A DNA stretch of 50,592 bases from Gemmatimonadales bacterium (GCA_050733015.1 JBOHSB010000316.1:1-50592); one strand, 5' to 3'. Positions 25,895 to 34,946 are shown, counted from the first letter of the stretch. Translations and numbers: made by a program. Notes: generated by a model from the sequence alone, not told the origin.

Positions 25895-26638
25895 ATGAGC
25901 GTCCGACAGACTGTGACCAGCGAGCTCCGACCGGCTGATTCCACCGGAGCCGAAACCCTCGAGATCATGGAGGCGGCGCCGCGTTACAACTATTGGCAGT
26001 TCCAGCGCATCGCTCCGTTCCTGGGTCGCCGAGTCTGTGAGGTGGGAGCGGGTATCGGAAACATGTCGCTGCACCTGACGGGCGCCGGCGCCGACCTGCT
26101 GGTGCTGACGGACATGGACCCATACTACCGTGACGTGCTGCGGCGGCGTTTCGGGCAGGCTCCCAATGTCGTGGTTCAGGAATTGACGCTGCCGGCCGCG
26201 GACGCCGCGGGGCAATTCGGGCGGCACGCCCTCGATACGATCATCGCGCTCAACGTGATCGAGCACATCGCGGAGGATGTCGAGGCCATGCGCAGCATGG
26301 CGGCGATGCTGGCGCCCGGTGGCCGCGCGATCGTCCTGGTCCCAGCACTTCCCTGGCTCTACGGAACCCTGGACGAGGAGCTGGGCCACGTCCGGCGCTA
26401 CACGCGCAGGAGCCTGGCGGAACAGATGCAACGGGCCGGCCTCTCAGTAGAGCATACATCCTACTTCAACCTGGTCGGAACGCTTGGGTGGTGGATGAAC
26501 GCGCGTGTCCGCCGAGTGCCGCGCATCCCGATCTCGCAACTGCGCTGGTTCGATGCCCTGGTCCCGTTGCTGAGACTGGAGGATCGGCTACCCCTGCCGC
26601 TCGGTCAGTCGGTGATCGGCGTCGGGGTCTCCTCATGA
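25895..26638 (+). CDS. Class I SAM-dependent methyltransferase
   Basis: Motif [13 protein letters not shown]. Its stop overlaps the next ATG (ATGA at 26635-26638). Confidence 0.9.
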   Translation: MSVRQTVTSELRPADSTGAETLEIMEAAPRYNYWQFQRIAPFLGRRVCEVGAGIGNMSLHLTGAGADLLVLTDMDPYYRDVLRRRFGQAPNVVVQELTLPAADAAGQFGRHALDTIIALNVIEHIAEDVEAMRSMAAMLAPGGRAIVLVPALPWLYGTLDEELGHVRRYTRRSLAEQMQRAGLSVEHTSYFNLVGTLGWWMNARVRRVPRIPISQLRWFDALVPLLRLEDRLPLPLGQSVIGVGVSS

Positions 26639-27414
26639 CCGGCACCCTCAGGCTCTCCGTCGTTGTTGCGGCCTACAATGAGGTCGGGACGGTGGCTACC
26701 ATCGTCGACCGCCTGCGTCAGGTGCCCCTCGACATCGAGGTGATCGTCGTGAATGACGCATCCACCGACGGCACCGCCGAGGTCGTGGACCGTTTGCACG
26801 CGGAGGGCCGCATCGACATCCTGCGCCACCACGAGGTGAATCGCGGGAAGGGAGCCGCACTGCGGACCGGAATCGCCGCCGCGACCGGCGACGTGATCGT
26901 CGTCCAGGACGCGGACCTCGAGTACGATCCCCAGGAACTGGTGCGACTCATCCAGCCGATCACGCGTGGCGAAGCCGACGTGGTGTATGGATCGAGATTT
27001 CTTGGCGGCGATCGCCGGGTGCTCTACTACTGGCACTCCGTCGGCAACAGGCTCCTCACGCTGCTCTCGAACATGTTCTCGAATCTGAACCTCACTGACA
27101 TGGAGACCTGCTACAAGATGGTGCGGGCTCCACTCATGAAGTCCCTGGAGCTCACCAGCGACCGGTTCGGATTCGAGCCCGAGGTGACGGCTCGTCTCGC
27201 GCAGGCGGGCGCGAGGGTGTGGGAGATTGGCATCTCCTACTCGGGCAGGACGTACGCCGAAGGCAAGAAGATCAAGTGGACCGACGGCGCGGCGGCGGTA
27301 TGGCACGTGATTCGGTTCAATCTCTTCCCTCCTCGGGTCGCACCCCAGCGCTCCGCGACTGCATCGGAACAGCATAGCGGCAGCCCTCCCTCCGAGAGCC
27401 GGCCGGCGCCCTGA
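26635..27414 (+). CDS. Family-2 glycosyltransferase (soluble DPM1-like)
   Basis: [21 protein letters not shown] and [11 protein letters not shown]. The start is the ATG at 26635, not 26488. Confidence 0.9.
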   Translation: MTGTLRLSVVVAAYNEVGTVATIVDRLRQVPLDIEVIVVNDASTDGTAEVVDRLHAEGRIDILRHHEVNRGKGAALRTGIAAATGDVIVVQDADLEYDPQELVRLIQPITRGEADVVYGSRFLGGDRRVLYYWHSVGNRLLTLLSNMFSNLNLTDMETCYKMVRAPLMKSLELTSDRFGFEPEVTARLAQAGARVWEIGISYSGRTYAEGKKIKWTDGAAAVWHVIRFNLFPPRVAPQRSATASEQHSGSPPSESRPAP

Positions 27415-27677
27415 AGATCCATCATGAGGGACAGGCCGAGCGGCGTGTGGTGGCGCAGCGGTGGCGTAGGGTCGTGAGCAGTGCCTACTCAGCTGAGTCG
27501 GCTTGGGCCGGCCCGGTCCATCGCCGAGAGCGCTGGGTAAAGCTTGGCAAGTGCCTGGGCATGGCTGTAGCTTCGAAGCCACAGAATCGTGTGCCAAAGC
27601 CGCTATTGGTCGGCCCTCCGGGACCCCCGGCGAAGGGGTCGTAAGGCACGGTAGTTGCCCACTGGGCGGTCTTCCCT

Positions 27678-28487
27678 ATGACAGCGCGCCCGGAATACTC
27701 GGTCGTCGTGCCGGCCTTCGACGAGGAGTCGCGTATCGAGCGCACCCTCCTCGACATGGCCGGGTATTTCCGTGGGCGGAACACAGTGGCGGAGATCGTC
27801 GTCGTGGACGACGGTAGCCGGGATGGAACCAGCGGCGCGGTCGGGCGGCTTTCCCGGCGGTGCCCCGAAGTTCGGCTCATCCGCCTGGCCCAGAACCACG
27901 GCAAGGGTTACGCGGTGCGTACGGGCGTCGTGAATGCCAGGGGTGCCCGCATACTGCTCGCCGATGCCGACGGCGCGACGCCCATCGCGGAGCTCGCGAG
28001 GCTCGAACTCGCCCTGGACGGTGGCGCCGACCTCGCCGTGGGGTCGCGGGTCGTGACGCCCGGGGCCGGGGTGAGCGTCCGCCGCCGCTGGTATCGGCAC
28101 GTCATGGGCCGGACCTTCCACTTTCTGGTCCGCTCCTTCGCCGTGCGCGGCGTGCAGGATACGCAATGCGGGTTCAAGCTGTTCCGGGGTGCGGTGGCCC
28201 ACGACCTGTTCTCCCGCATGCGCATGTCGGGGTTCAGCTTCGACGTCGAGGTGCTGTTGATGGCCCAGCGACGCGGGTATCGGATCGCCGAAGTGCCGGT
28301 CAACTGGGTGCACCAGCCGGGCTCGAAGGTTCGGGTTATGCGCGACTCCCTCCGCATGGCCGCCGATCTGCTGGTCATTCGGGCTAACCACCTTCGCGGA
28401 GACTACGACCGCCACCGGGTCACCCCCTACGACGAATCCGATGAGGCGGCGGCGTCGGCGACGCCTGCGCCCGGGGGCGCGCTGTGA
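27678..28487 (+). CDS. Family-2 glycosyltransferase (dolichyl/polyprenyl-phosphate beta-glucosyltransferase-like)
   Basis: SVVVPAFDEE, IVVVDDGSRDGT, LLADADGATP and QCGFKLF. Confidence 0.9.
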   Translation: MTARPEYSVVVPAFDEESRIERTLLDMAGYFRGRNTVAEIVVVDDGSRDGTSGAVGRLSRRCPEVRLIRLAQNHGKGYAVRTGVVNARGARILLADADGATPIAELARLELALDGGADLAVGSRVVTPGAGVSVRRRWYRHVMGRTFHFLVRSFAVRGVQDTQCGFKLFRGAVAHDLFSRMRMSGFSFDVEVLLMAQRRGYRIAEVPVNWVHQPGSKVRVMRDSLRMAADLLVIRANHLRGDYDRHRVTPYDESDEAAASATPAPGGAL

Positions 28488-30222
28488 CTATGGAGTCGCT
28501 CCCCGGCAAGCCTCGTTCGATCCCCCCGCTGGGTTGATCTCCTCACACAACCGAACGGCCCTGACGGTCGTCGCGATGGGCATCGCGCTCCGCGCCGCGT
28601 ACTGCGTGCGCCAGGGCCCACCGGCTGGCGACGAGCTGATGCTCGCCATGAACGTGGCGGCCAGGGGCTACGCCGAGCTGATGCGCCCTCTCGACTACGG
28701 GCTGGTCGCCCCGATCCCGTTTCTGTGGGCCCAGCGGCTCGTAGTCGACACGTTCGGCGTCTGTGATACCGGGCCCCGCGTCATTCCGTTCCTAGCCGGC
28801 AGCCTCACGCTGGTGGTCCTCTGGCGGCTGGTGACGGGGTGGCTCGCCTCGCTGGAAGCGCTCGCGGCCCTGGCGCTCGCGGCCACCTCTCCCTTCCTGA
28901 TCCAGTACTCGGCGGAGGGAAAGCCCTACGCGCTGGACGGACTCGCCTCAGTGGTGGTCGCTGCCGCGGCGATCGACCTGCTTGGGCGGGCGACCGACGG
29001 GCGCGCCTGGGGTCGGATGGCAATGGCCGGGTCGGCGGCGCTGCTCGTTTCCATCACCAGCCCGATGGTGCTCGCGCCTGTCACGATCGTGCTGGTCTCG
29101 GTCGCCTGGCCGGACGGTTCGAGGGGGCGCCTGCGGCTCGTGGCGATGGGTGCGCTCTGGGGCGTGATCTTTACCGCAGTCTACCTGGGCGTCTATCACG
29201 CCGTCGAGACGACGCCGTACATGCAGCAGTACTGGTCGGCGGCCATGCTGTCGCCGGGACCGCGATGGGCGGTCCGCTGGGCGTCCGGCGTCCGGGAGGC
29301 CCTCTGGCCGGTGAGCTACTGGACCGTCCAGGCGGGAGCCTGGTGGCTGGTGCTTCTCGCCTGCGCGGCGGGCGCGCTGATCCTCTTCCGGAGGTTCGGC
29401 TGGCGGCCCGCGCTGGTGCTCGCGGGACCGATCGTCACCGTGTTCCTGGCCTCGGCGGCCGGACGCTACCCGATGGCCACACGGCTGCTGCTGTTTGTGG
29501 CGCCGCTTTTCATCGTTCTTGCCGCCGTCGGTGTGGCTGCCGCCGCGCGCGGCCTCCGGAGAGTCGTCCCGTCGGTGCGCGAAGGCCTCGCCGTCGGGGC
29601 GATCATGGCGCCCTCGTTCCTCGTGGCCTTCGCCTGGCTGATCCGGGCCCCCCAGGACCATCAAGGGCTTCCGGAGCTCATTTCGCAGCTCGAGCGCCGC
29701 TGGTCCCCGGGGGAGCCGGTCTATGTGTTTCATCGGGTGGCCGTGGAGTGGACCTACTTCACGACCGACTGGGGGCAGCCGGACCGTGCGCGGCTCGCCT
29801 GGGTGGCCCGCATCGCCGGCCCGAGCGGTCCGGCGTTCGTGAATGCTCCACCTCGCGGGCCTCGGCACGAGGGTGAGGGCAACGATTTGGTCTACCGCGT
29901 CCGGGGCCGCGACGAGCTCTTCGGGCTCGCCAGCGGCGTACAGGGGCGCGCATGGCTCGCGCTTGACCCGCGGGACCTTCCTGACTGGCAGGTCAGCCCC
30001 GATTCCGGATGGGCGCAGGTCGAGGCCGCCCGGTTGAGGCGCGCGGCGACCTCGCGCGCCTGGGCGGTCTTCAACACCGATTCGCCCGGGAGGGAGATCG
30101 GCGAGCTGCTCGCTGCCATCGGCCGCGCGGGCGGCGCCGTCGAATCGCGCCGCCGCAGCGGGAGCGCGACGCTCTACTCGCTCCGCTTCGACGTAGCTGG
30201 AGCGCCGGCGGCCCACCCATGA
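28441..30222 (+). CDS. GT-C (ArnT/GT39-like) membrane glycosyltransferase, paralog A
   Basis: First-loop GDELMLAMNVAARGY...RPLDYGLVAPIPFLWAQRL. About 11 helices and a soluble C-terminal domain. The start is uncertain: ATG at 28441 overlaps the GT2 by 47 nt, and an in-frame TTG lies at 28534. Confidence 0.75.
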   Translation: MRRRRRRRLRPGARCDYGVAPRQASFDPPAGLISSHNRTALTVVAMGIALRAAYCVRQGPPAGDELMLAMNVAARGYAELMRPLDYGLVAPIPFLWAQRLVVDTFGVCDTGPRVIPFLAGSLTLVVLWRLVTGWLASLEALAALALAATSPFLIQYSAEGKPYALDGLASVVVAAAAIDLLGRATDGRAWGRMAMAGSAALLVSITSPMVLAPVTIVLVSVAWPDGSRGRLRLVAMGALWGVIFTAVYLGVYHAVETTPYMQQYWSAAMLSPGPRWAVRWASGVREALWPVSYWTVQAGAWWLVLLACAAGALILFRRFGWRPALVLAGPIVTVFLASAAGRYPMATRLLLFVAPLFIVLAAVGVAAAARGLRRVVPSVREGLAVGAIMAPSFLVAFAWLIRAPQDHQGLPELISQLERRWSPGEPVYVFHRVAVEWTYFTTDWGQPDRARLAWVARIAGPSGPAFVNAPPRGPRHEGEGNDLVYRVRGRDELFGLASGVQGRAWLALDPRDLPDWQVSPDSGWAQVEAARLRRAATSRAWAVFNTDSPGREIGELLAAIGRAGGAVESRRRSGSATLYSLRFDVAGAPAAHP

Positions 30223-31916
30223 ACGGCCGCCCTTACCATTGGGTCGTGGCGGCGCCCCTTCAAGTGCTGACGGTTGCGGTGCTCGCGATCGGGCTGCTGG
30301 TCCGCACCGTCGGCTACCTCCACCGCGCATCGCTCTGGGGCGACGAGGCCATGATCGCCCTCAATGTCGGAGCCCGGTCGTTCGGCGGGCTGGCTCGCCC
30401 GCTCGACTATGGCCAGGTCGCGCCGGTCCCGTTCCTCTGGACCGAGCGGCTGGCCGTACTGGTGGGCGGGATGAACGAGTATGCCCTGCGGCTGCTGCCG
30501 TTCGTGAGCGGCGTGCTGCTGCTCCTGGCTGTGGCCGCGCTCGCCCGGCGCGTCCTCCGCAGCACCGAGGCGCTGGTGGCCATCGCTCTGGCGGCGACGG
30601 CGTTTCCGCTGATCCGTTACGCCGCGGAGCTGAAGCCGTATTCGCTCGACGCGCTGGTGAGCACCGGCATGACCGCGCTGGCTTTCGAGGTGTTGCGGGC
30701 ACCCGATGATCCGGCAGCGTGGCGCCGTCTGGCTCTGGGGGGAGTCGCCGCGATTGTTCTGTCCATTCCTGCCGTCTTCGTGGGAGCCGGGATCGCGACG
30801 GCCCTCGGCGCGGTCTGCATTCGCCGCCGCGCCTCTCTGACGAGGCCGGGGAGCGCAGCCGCGCTGTGGCTCGGCACCGCGCTCGCCACGTTCCTGCTCT
30901 GGTACCGGCAGAACGCGGGGGCCGACTACATGCGGAGCTACTGGGCGGCGACGTTCCTGGTCCCGGGAACGCCTGGATGGTGGCCCCGGCTGGGGCTGGG
31001 CCTGCAGGAGTCGGTCTGCTCGCTCAACTGCTGGCGGGGTCTCTTCGATCTGAGCCCGCTCTATGTCGCTCTGGCGGTGTTAGGGGCGCTCGCGCTGGGG
31101 CGCCGCACGGGCTGGGCGGCGCCGGGCGTGCTGCTGCTGCCGCTGGGGTTGGCCTTCGCCGGCTCACTTCTCGGGCGCTACCCGCTGGCTACTCGGCTGT
31201 TGCTGTTCTCGGCGCCGCAGGTTGTCATGCTGGTGGCCGTGGGGCTCGTCGTTGCCAGCGAGTGGGTGGGTCGGAAGCTGGTGGTCGTGCGGGCGCGCTG
31301 GCTGCTGGCGACTTTCCTGGTGCCGCCGGTCGTTTTCACCCTCGAGTTGGCGCTCGATCCGCCCGACCAGACGGGGTTTTCCAAGGAGGAGCTGCGCCCG
31401 TTGATCGGACGGCTGAATCGCGAGGCCGGCAACGATCCGGTCTACGTGTATCATCGCGCCACGCCGGCCTGGATTTTCTACACCACCGACTGGAGCTCGC
31501 CAGACACCGCGCGTCTCGGGTGGGCGGCGCGCGTGGCCGGCCCCGACGGTCTGGGCTCCGTGAACGGCGCCTCCCTGGGCCCGCGGCGGCCCGAGCAGGC
31601 CGCCGCCCTCAGGCGCCCGTACGCCGGCCGGATCGAGCTGCTCGGCGCACAGTCCGGCTCCCAGGGCCGCATGTGGCAGTCGTACGTCCCCCCCCACCCG
31701 GATTCCGGCTGGGCGGGCGCGGAGGCGGAGAGGATGCGGACGGCCGCAACCCCGCGCGTGTGGATCGTGCTGGCCGACTACCATCACCCTCCACAGGACG
31801 ACGCCCTGGCCCTTCGCGCAGCGGTAGAGCGGCTCGGCGGGCGAGTCACGGTCACGAGGAGCGCATCGGAGGCGGAAGTCCTGGCGGTCGAGTTCTCGGG
31901 TAGCCATGCGCGCTGA
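30219..31916 (+). CDS. GT-C (ArnT/GT39-like) membrane glycosyltransferase, paralog B
   Basis: ATG at 30219 overlaps the stop of paralog A (ATGA). WGDEAMIALNVGARSF...RPLDYGQVAPVPFLWTERL is collinear with paralog A throughout. Confidence 0.75.
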   Translation: MNGRPYHWVVAAPLQVLTVAVLAIGLLVRTVGYLHRASLWGDEAMIALNVGARSFGGLARPLDYGQVAPVPFLWTERLAVLVGGMNEYALRLLPFVSGVLLLLAVAALARRVLRSTEALVAIALAATAFPLIRYAAELKPYSLDALVSTGMTALAFEVLRAPDDPAAWRRLALGGVAAIVLSIPAVFVGAGIATALGAVCIRRRASLTRPGSAAALWLGTALATFLLWYRQNAGADYMRSYWAATFLVPGTPGWWPRLGLGLQESVCSLNCWRGLFDLSPLYVALAVLGALALGRRTGWAAPGVLLLPLGLAFAGSLLGRYPLATRLLLFSAPQVVMLVAVGLVVASEWVGRKLVVVRARWLLATFLVPPVVFTLELALDPPDQTGFSKEELRPLIGRLNREAGNDPVYVYHRATPAWIFYTTDWSSPDTARLGWAARVAGPDGLGSVNGASLGPRRPEQAAALRRPYAGRIELLGAQSGSQGRMWQSYVPPHPDSGWAGAEAERMRTAATPRVWIVLADYHHPPQDDALALRAAVERLGGRVTVTRSASEAEVLAVEFSGSHAR

Positions 31917-32631
31917 CGAATACCGGATCATGCACCATCAGGAGCTGCGCCACTGGTGGTTCCGGGGGCGGCGGCTCATGCTGAGCGAGCTGCTTGTCCG
32001 CCAGGGGGGCAGTGGGCAACCTCGGATCCTGGATTTCGGGTGCGGCACGGGAGGAAACGTCGCGATGGAGGCCGCTGTTGGCCCAGTGGTGGGAATCGAG
32101 CCGGACGCCGGCGCGCTGGGGCTGGCCCGGCAGCGGGGTGGGGCGCTCTTCTGCCGCGCGGTGGGGACGGCACTTCCGTTCGCCGAGGGGACGTTCGACC
32201 TCGTGCTCGCAGCGGATGTGCTCGAGCACATCGCGGACGATGCGCTCGCCTCGAGCGAAATCCGCCGCGTGCTCCGAGTCGGCGGCAGCCTGGTGTTCAG
32301 CGTGCCGGCGCACCCCTGGCTGTTCGGCGCGCATGATGTCGCCCTGCGGCATCAGCGCCGCTACACCCGACGGACTATCCGTGCCGTTCTCGAGGGCGCC
32401 GGCCTTCGCGTGTCATGGCTTTCCTACTGGAACACGACGCTGTTTCCCGTCGCGGTCGCCGCTCGGCTGGCCAAGCAGTTCGGCCGTGCGGGCGTCCGCT
32501 CGGACGTACGCGACGTCCCGGCCCTCGTGAACCAGGCGTTGACCGGGCTGTTGGCGCTGGAGGCGCGGGCGCTCCGCCGCGTCCGGCTTCCCTGGGGCCT
32601 CTCCCTGATCGGCACTGCCACTCGGCGCTGA
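31906..32631 (+). CDS. Class I SAM-dependent methyltransferase
   Basis: Motif I ILDFGCGTGGNV. Its ATG overlaps the upstream gene by 11 nt. Confidence 0.85.
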   Translation: MRADEYRIMHHQELRHWWFRGRRLMLSELLVRQGGSGQPRILDFGCGTGGNVAMEAAVGPVVGIEPDAGALGLARQRGGALFCRAVGTALPFAEGTFDLVLAADVLEHIADDALASSEIRRVLRVGGSLVFSVPAHPWLFGAHDVALRHQRRYTRRTIRAVLEGAGLRVSWLSYWNTTLFPVAVAARLAKQFGRAGVRSDVRDVPALVNQALTGLLALEARALRRVRLPWGLSLIGTATRR

Positions 32632-34179
32632 GGGGCGCGCACAAGCGGTCAGGGCACGCTCTGCGGAGTCGGCCTGCTCGGCCGAGAAGGGGGGCGGCTC
32701 GGGCCGGTACCGAAGCAGGACCGCCAGCGAGTCGCAGTACCACGACGTCCACCGCGCATCGCGCGCCAGCTCGTGAGCCAGGGGGGAGGTCCGGCGCAGC
32801 AGGGCGAGTGAGATGTCCCAGTGCCTCAGTACGTCCCTCCAGCCGGGCTGCAGGAGCTTGACTCGGCTGTACTCCCGGAACAGGTCTTCCCCGAAGAAGT
32901 CCGTCCCACCATCGATGAAGATCCGCTGCTCGGGCCACGCCAACACCAGATAGCCGCCCCAGCCGAATTCGTGGAACATCCGACCCTGAACACCCTCGGA
33001 GCGTGCCTTCCGTACGGCGGCCACGGGGAACGTCACGGGATCGAAATCTTCGGCCAAGAGCGCACGACCGGCGATCCGTCCGTGAGCGAATCCGAGGAGC
33101 GCCATCGCCAGCGCCACCGGGAGGACGAAGGGCCAGGTTCGAGCGTGCTCGGCAACCCTCCGGAAGTTGCCCCGAAGGGAACGTGGGTCGGGCAGGGCCC
33201 GCCACTCGGCGTCGGCGTGCATGGCCAGGAGGGGCAGAGCAATGAGGCCGAACAAGGCCACGTTCCGCACCGACATGAGTCCGAATGCCAAGGTTGCCAC
33301 TATCGCGAAGAGGCGTGCGAGTGTCGGACGTCTCGGTACCGCCGCCAGGGTCACGAGAGTGAGCACAATGCCGCACAGGAAGATCCGGCCGTCGATGTCG
33401 TGGAAATCGGGGGACAGGAACTCCGCGGTGTTGTCCTGGAGGAATCGCTTACCGAAGAAGCCCATCACGTGGACCAGTAGCGTGGGACCGTGCGGGTTGA
33501 CGAGAGTTGCTGCGATCGCGACGCCCAGTGTGGCGGCTAGGTACCGCGCCCGCCCGGAATCCGCCGGCCGGTCCGCTCCGAGCAGCCACTCGCCGGCAGT
33601 TCCGGCCAGGAACGCCCCGATGAGAATCCAGCCGAACACGAAGCCGCCGTGAAAGTTCGCCCAGACCGCAAACATGAGGCCGATGAGCCACAGCGGCGTG
33701 CGCTTGGGTCGCTCGAGAATCCACAGCAGGGCAACTCCTGCCACGAGCGAAATCAGGTGGGGACGCGCTACCCAGTGCCCTGCGCCGAGGGCCGCTGCCG
33801 CGGCGGTCGTGAGATAGGCCAGGAGGGGGTCAACCCCCCGGCGCAGGAGCAGCGAGGCGAGTAACGCATAGGCCGTTGCTATCAGCAGGCCGGCTAGAAT
33901 GGCTACGCCCGGAAGTCCCCCGATCCTGTAGGCCAGCGCATACATGAGCTGGCTGCCGTACTCGAAGCCCAGAAACGGGGCGCCCGCCCTTGTAAAGGAA
34001 AAAGGGTCGTGGGCGATCAACGCCCCATGCTCAAGCATGTACAGGCCGTGGCGTATGTGGCGGGCCGGATCTCCGTCCGCGTTCAGCATGGGCTGATGAA
34101 GGCCCAATGGAATAAGGACGGCGAGGACGACGAAAACCACAGCCGGGAGTGAGGGTGCAAGCGTGCGGCGCGAGGTCAA
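32413..34179 (-). CDS. Polytopic membrane protein with periplasmic C-terminal domain, possibly GT-C-like
   Basis: TTG at 34179 lies 6 nt after GGAGG (rc of 34186-34190) and precedes the first TM helix (LPAVVFVVLAVLIPLGL). Loop motif NADGDPARHIRHG. About 12 helices. The track ORF extension to 34872 is antisense to flp. Confidence 0.6.
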   Translation of the reverse strand: MTSRRTLAPSLPAVVFVVLAVLIPLGLHQPMLNADGDPARHIRHGLYMLEHGALIAHDPFSFTRAGAPFLGFEYGSQLMYALAYRIGGLPGVAILAGLLIATAYALLASLLLRRGVDPLLAYLTTAAAAALGAGHWVARPHLISLVAGVALLWILERPKRTPLWLIGLMFAVWANFHGGFVFGWILIGAFLAGTAGEWLLGADRPADSGRARYLAATLGVAIAATLVNPHGPTLLVHVMGFFGKRFLQDNTAEFLSPDFHDIDGRIFLCGIVLTLVTLAAVPRRPTLARLFAIVATLAFGLMSVRNVALFGLIALPLLAMHADAEWRALPDPRSLRGNFRRVAEHARTWPFVLPVALAMALLGFAHGRIAGRALLAEDFDPVTFPVAAVRKARSEGVQGRMFHEFGWGGYLVLAWPEQRIFIDGGTDFFGEDLFREYSRVKLLQPGWRDVLRHWDISLALLRRTSPLAHELARDARWTSWYCDSLAVLLRYRPEPPPFSAEQADSAERALTACARPSAPSGSADQGEAPGKPDAAERPRLQRQQPGQRLVHEGRDVAYVRADARTAELLGQPSGDRDGKQRRVPVGKP

Positions 34180-34720
34180 AAATGGCCTCCGAGGGGTCGA
34201 ATAAGGTTCGGTCTTCTTACGGGGCTGGAAAGTCCCTTGCAGGAACCGGGACCGACCGATACAGTTGTCCACAATACCGAGCCAGGCAAGGGCCACTTGT
34301 TGGGCCGATAGAACCGTTCGGGCGAGGGTCCGACGGTTGCGGTGGTGCAACGCTCTCAGGCGTCGCCCCTGCAACAAATAACCCGACTCCGCCTTCGAAG
34401 GAATCTGGCCCGCATGGTCGGTCCGCCTGAGCTTGACCGGATGTAAACATCGGCATGGCAATGATTTGCAATACGACGCGCGGATGCCTCTCCCGCTCAC
34501 GTTGTCGGGCGCGAGCTCGAGTCCGTGGTCGAGTCTGGGCAGGAGATGCACGGGCATGCGTCTTGCCTGAATCGCTGCGCAATACCATTCACGTTTGCTC
34601 CAAATTCTTTGGCTCCTGAGGCGTTCGGCGGATCCTTCCAATCCGCCAATCCCGGGAGAGCGGCACCGCTGTCCGCTCTCCTTCCATGCACCACCAACAT
34701 GTACGTGGAGGAAGCACCGT
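34180..34720. promoter_or_regulatory. 541-nt divergent control region between the membrane-protein gene and flp
   Basis: The longest stretch inside the glycan/Tad loci without a credible ORF. Visibly less GC-rich. No promoter could be assigned with confidence. Confidence 0.4.
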
Positions 34721-34897
34721 ATGATGAAGCTCGCGCGGAACTTCTGGAACGACGAGTCAGGGCAGGGGCTGGCGGAGTATGCCCTGCTGCTCGGGCTTAT
34801 CGTCGTGGGTGTGGTGGTGATCATCAAGGGGATGGGCGGCCACATCAAGAACATCTTCGGCAAGGCGAACAACGAGCTGGCCTCGGCCGACAGCTGA
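34721..34897 (+). CDS. flp: Flp-family type IVb pilin
   Basis: 58 aa, MMKLARNFWNDESG/QGLAEYALLLGLIVVGVVVII. This shows the Flp G/XXXXEY processing motif plus a hydrophobic helix. GGAGG lies 9 nt upstream. Confidence 0.9.
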   Translation: MMKLARNFWNDESGQGLAEYALLLGLIVVGVVVIIKGMGGHIKNIFGKANNELASADS

Positions 34898-34946
34898 GCC
34901 CGGACACACCTACCGCTCCGCCGCGCGACCGTTCCGGGGCCGCAGG

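Noticed and set aside
24083-26431. 782-aa minus-strand ORF spanning two plus-strand genes
   Set aside because: It is antisense to the GT-C-like gene (24218-25741) and the methyltransferase (25895-26638), both of which carry clear motifs. The product is Arg/Gly/Pro/His-rich with no motifs. This is a typical stop-poor antisense frame in high-GC DNA.
26605-30330. Minus-strand ORFs 26605..27597, 27603..28415 and 28948..30330
   Set aside because: They are antisense to the two GT2 genes and GT-C paralog A, which have canonical motifs. The compositions are not protein-like.
34456-34470. Sigma-54-like element TGGCA-N5-TTGCA upstream of flp
   Set aside because: The GG-to-GC spacing is one nt shorter than the strict -24/-12 consensus (TGGCACG-N4-TTGC), and the conserved C after TGGCA is an A. 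It would need experimental transcription-start data before it could be called.
34180-34872. N-terminal 231-codon extension of track ORF 32413..34872
   Set aside because: The extension runs antisense through flp and its control region and has no hydrophobic structure. A TTG at 34179 with a GGAGG 6 nt upstream sits just before the first TM helix.
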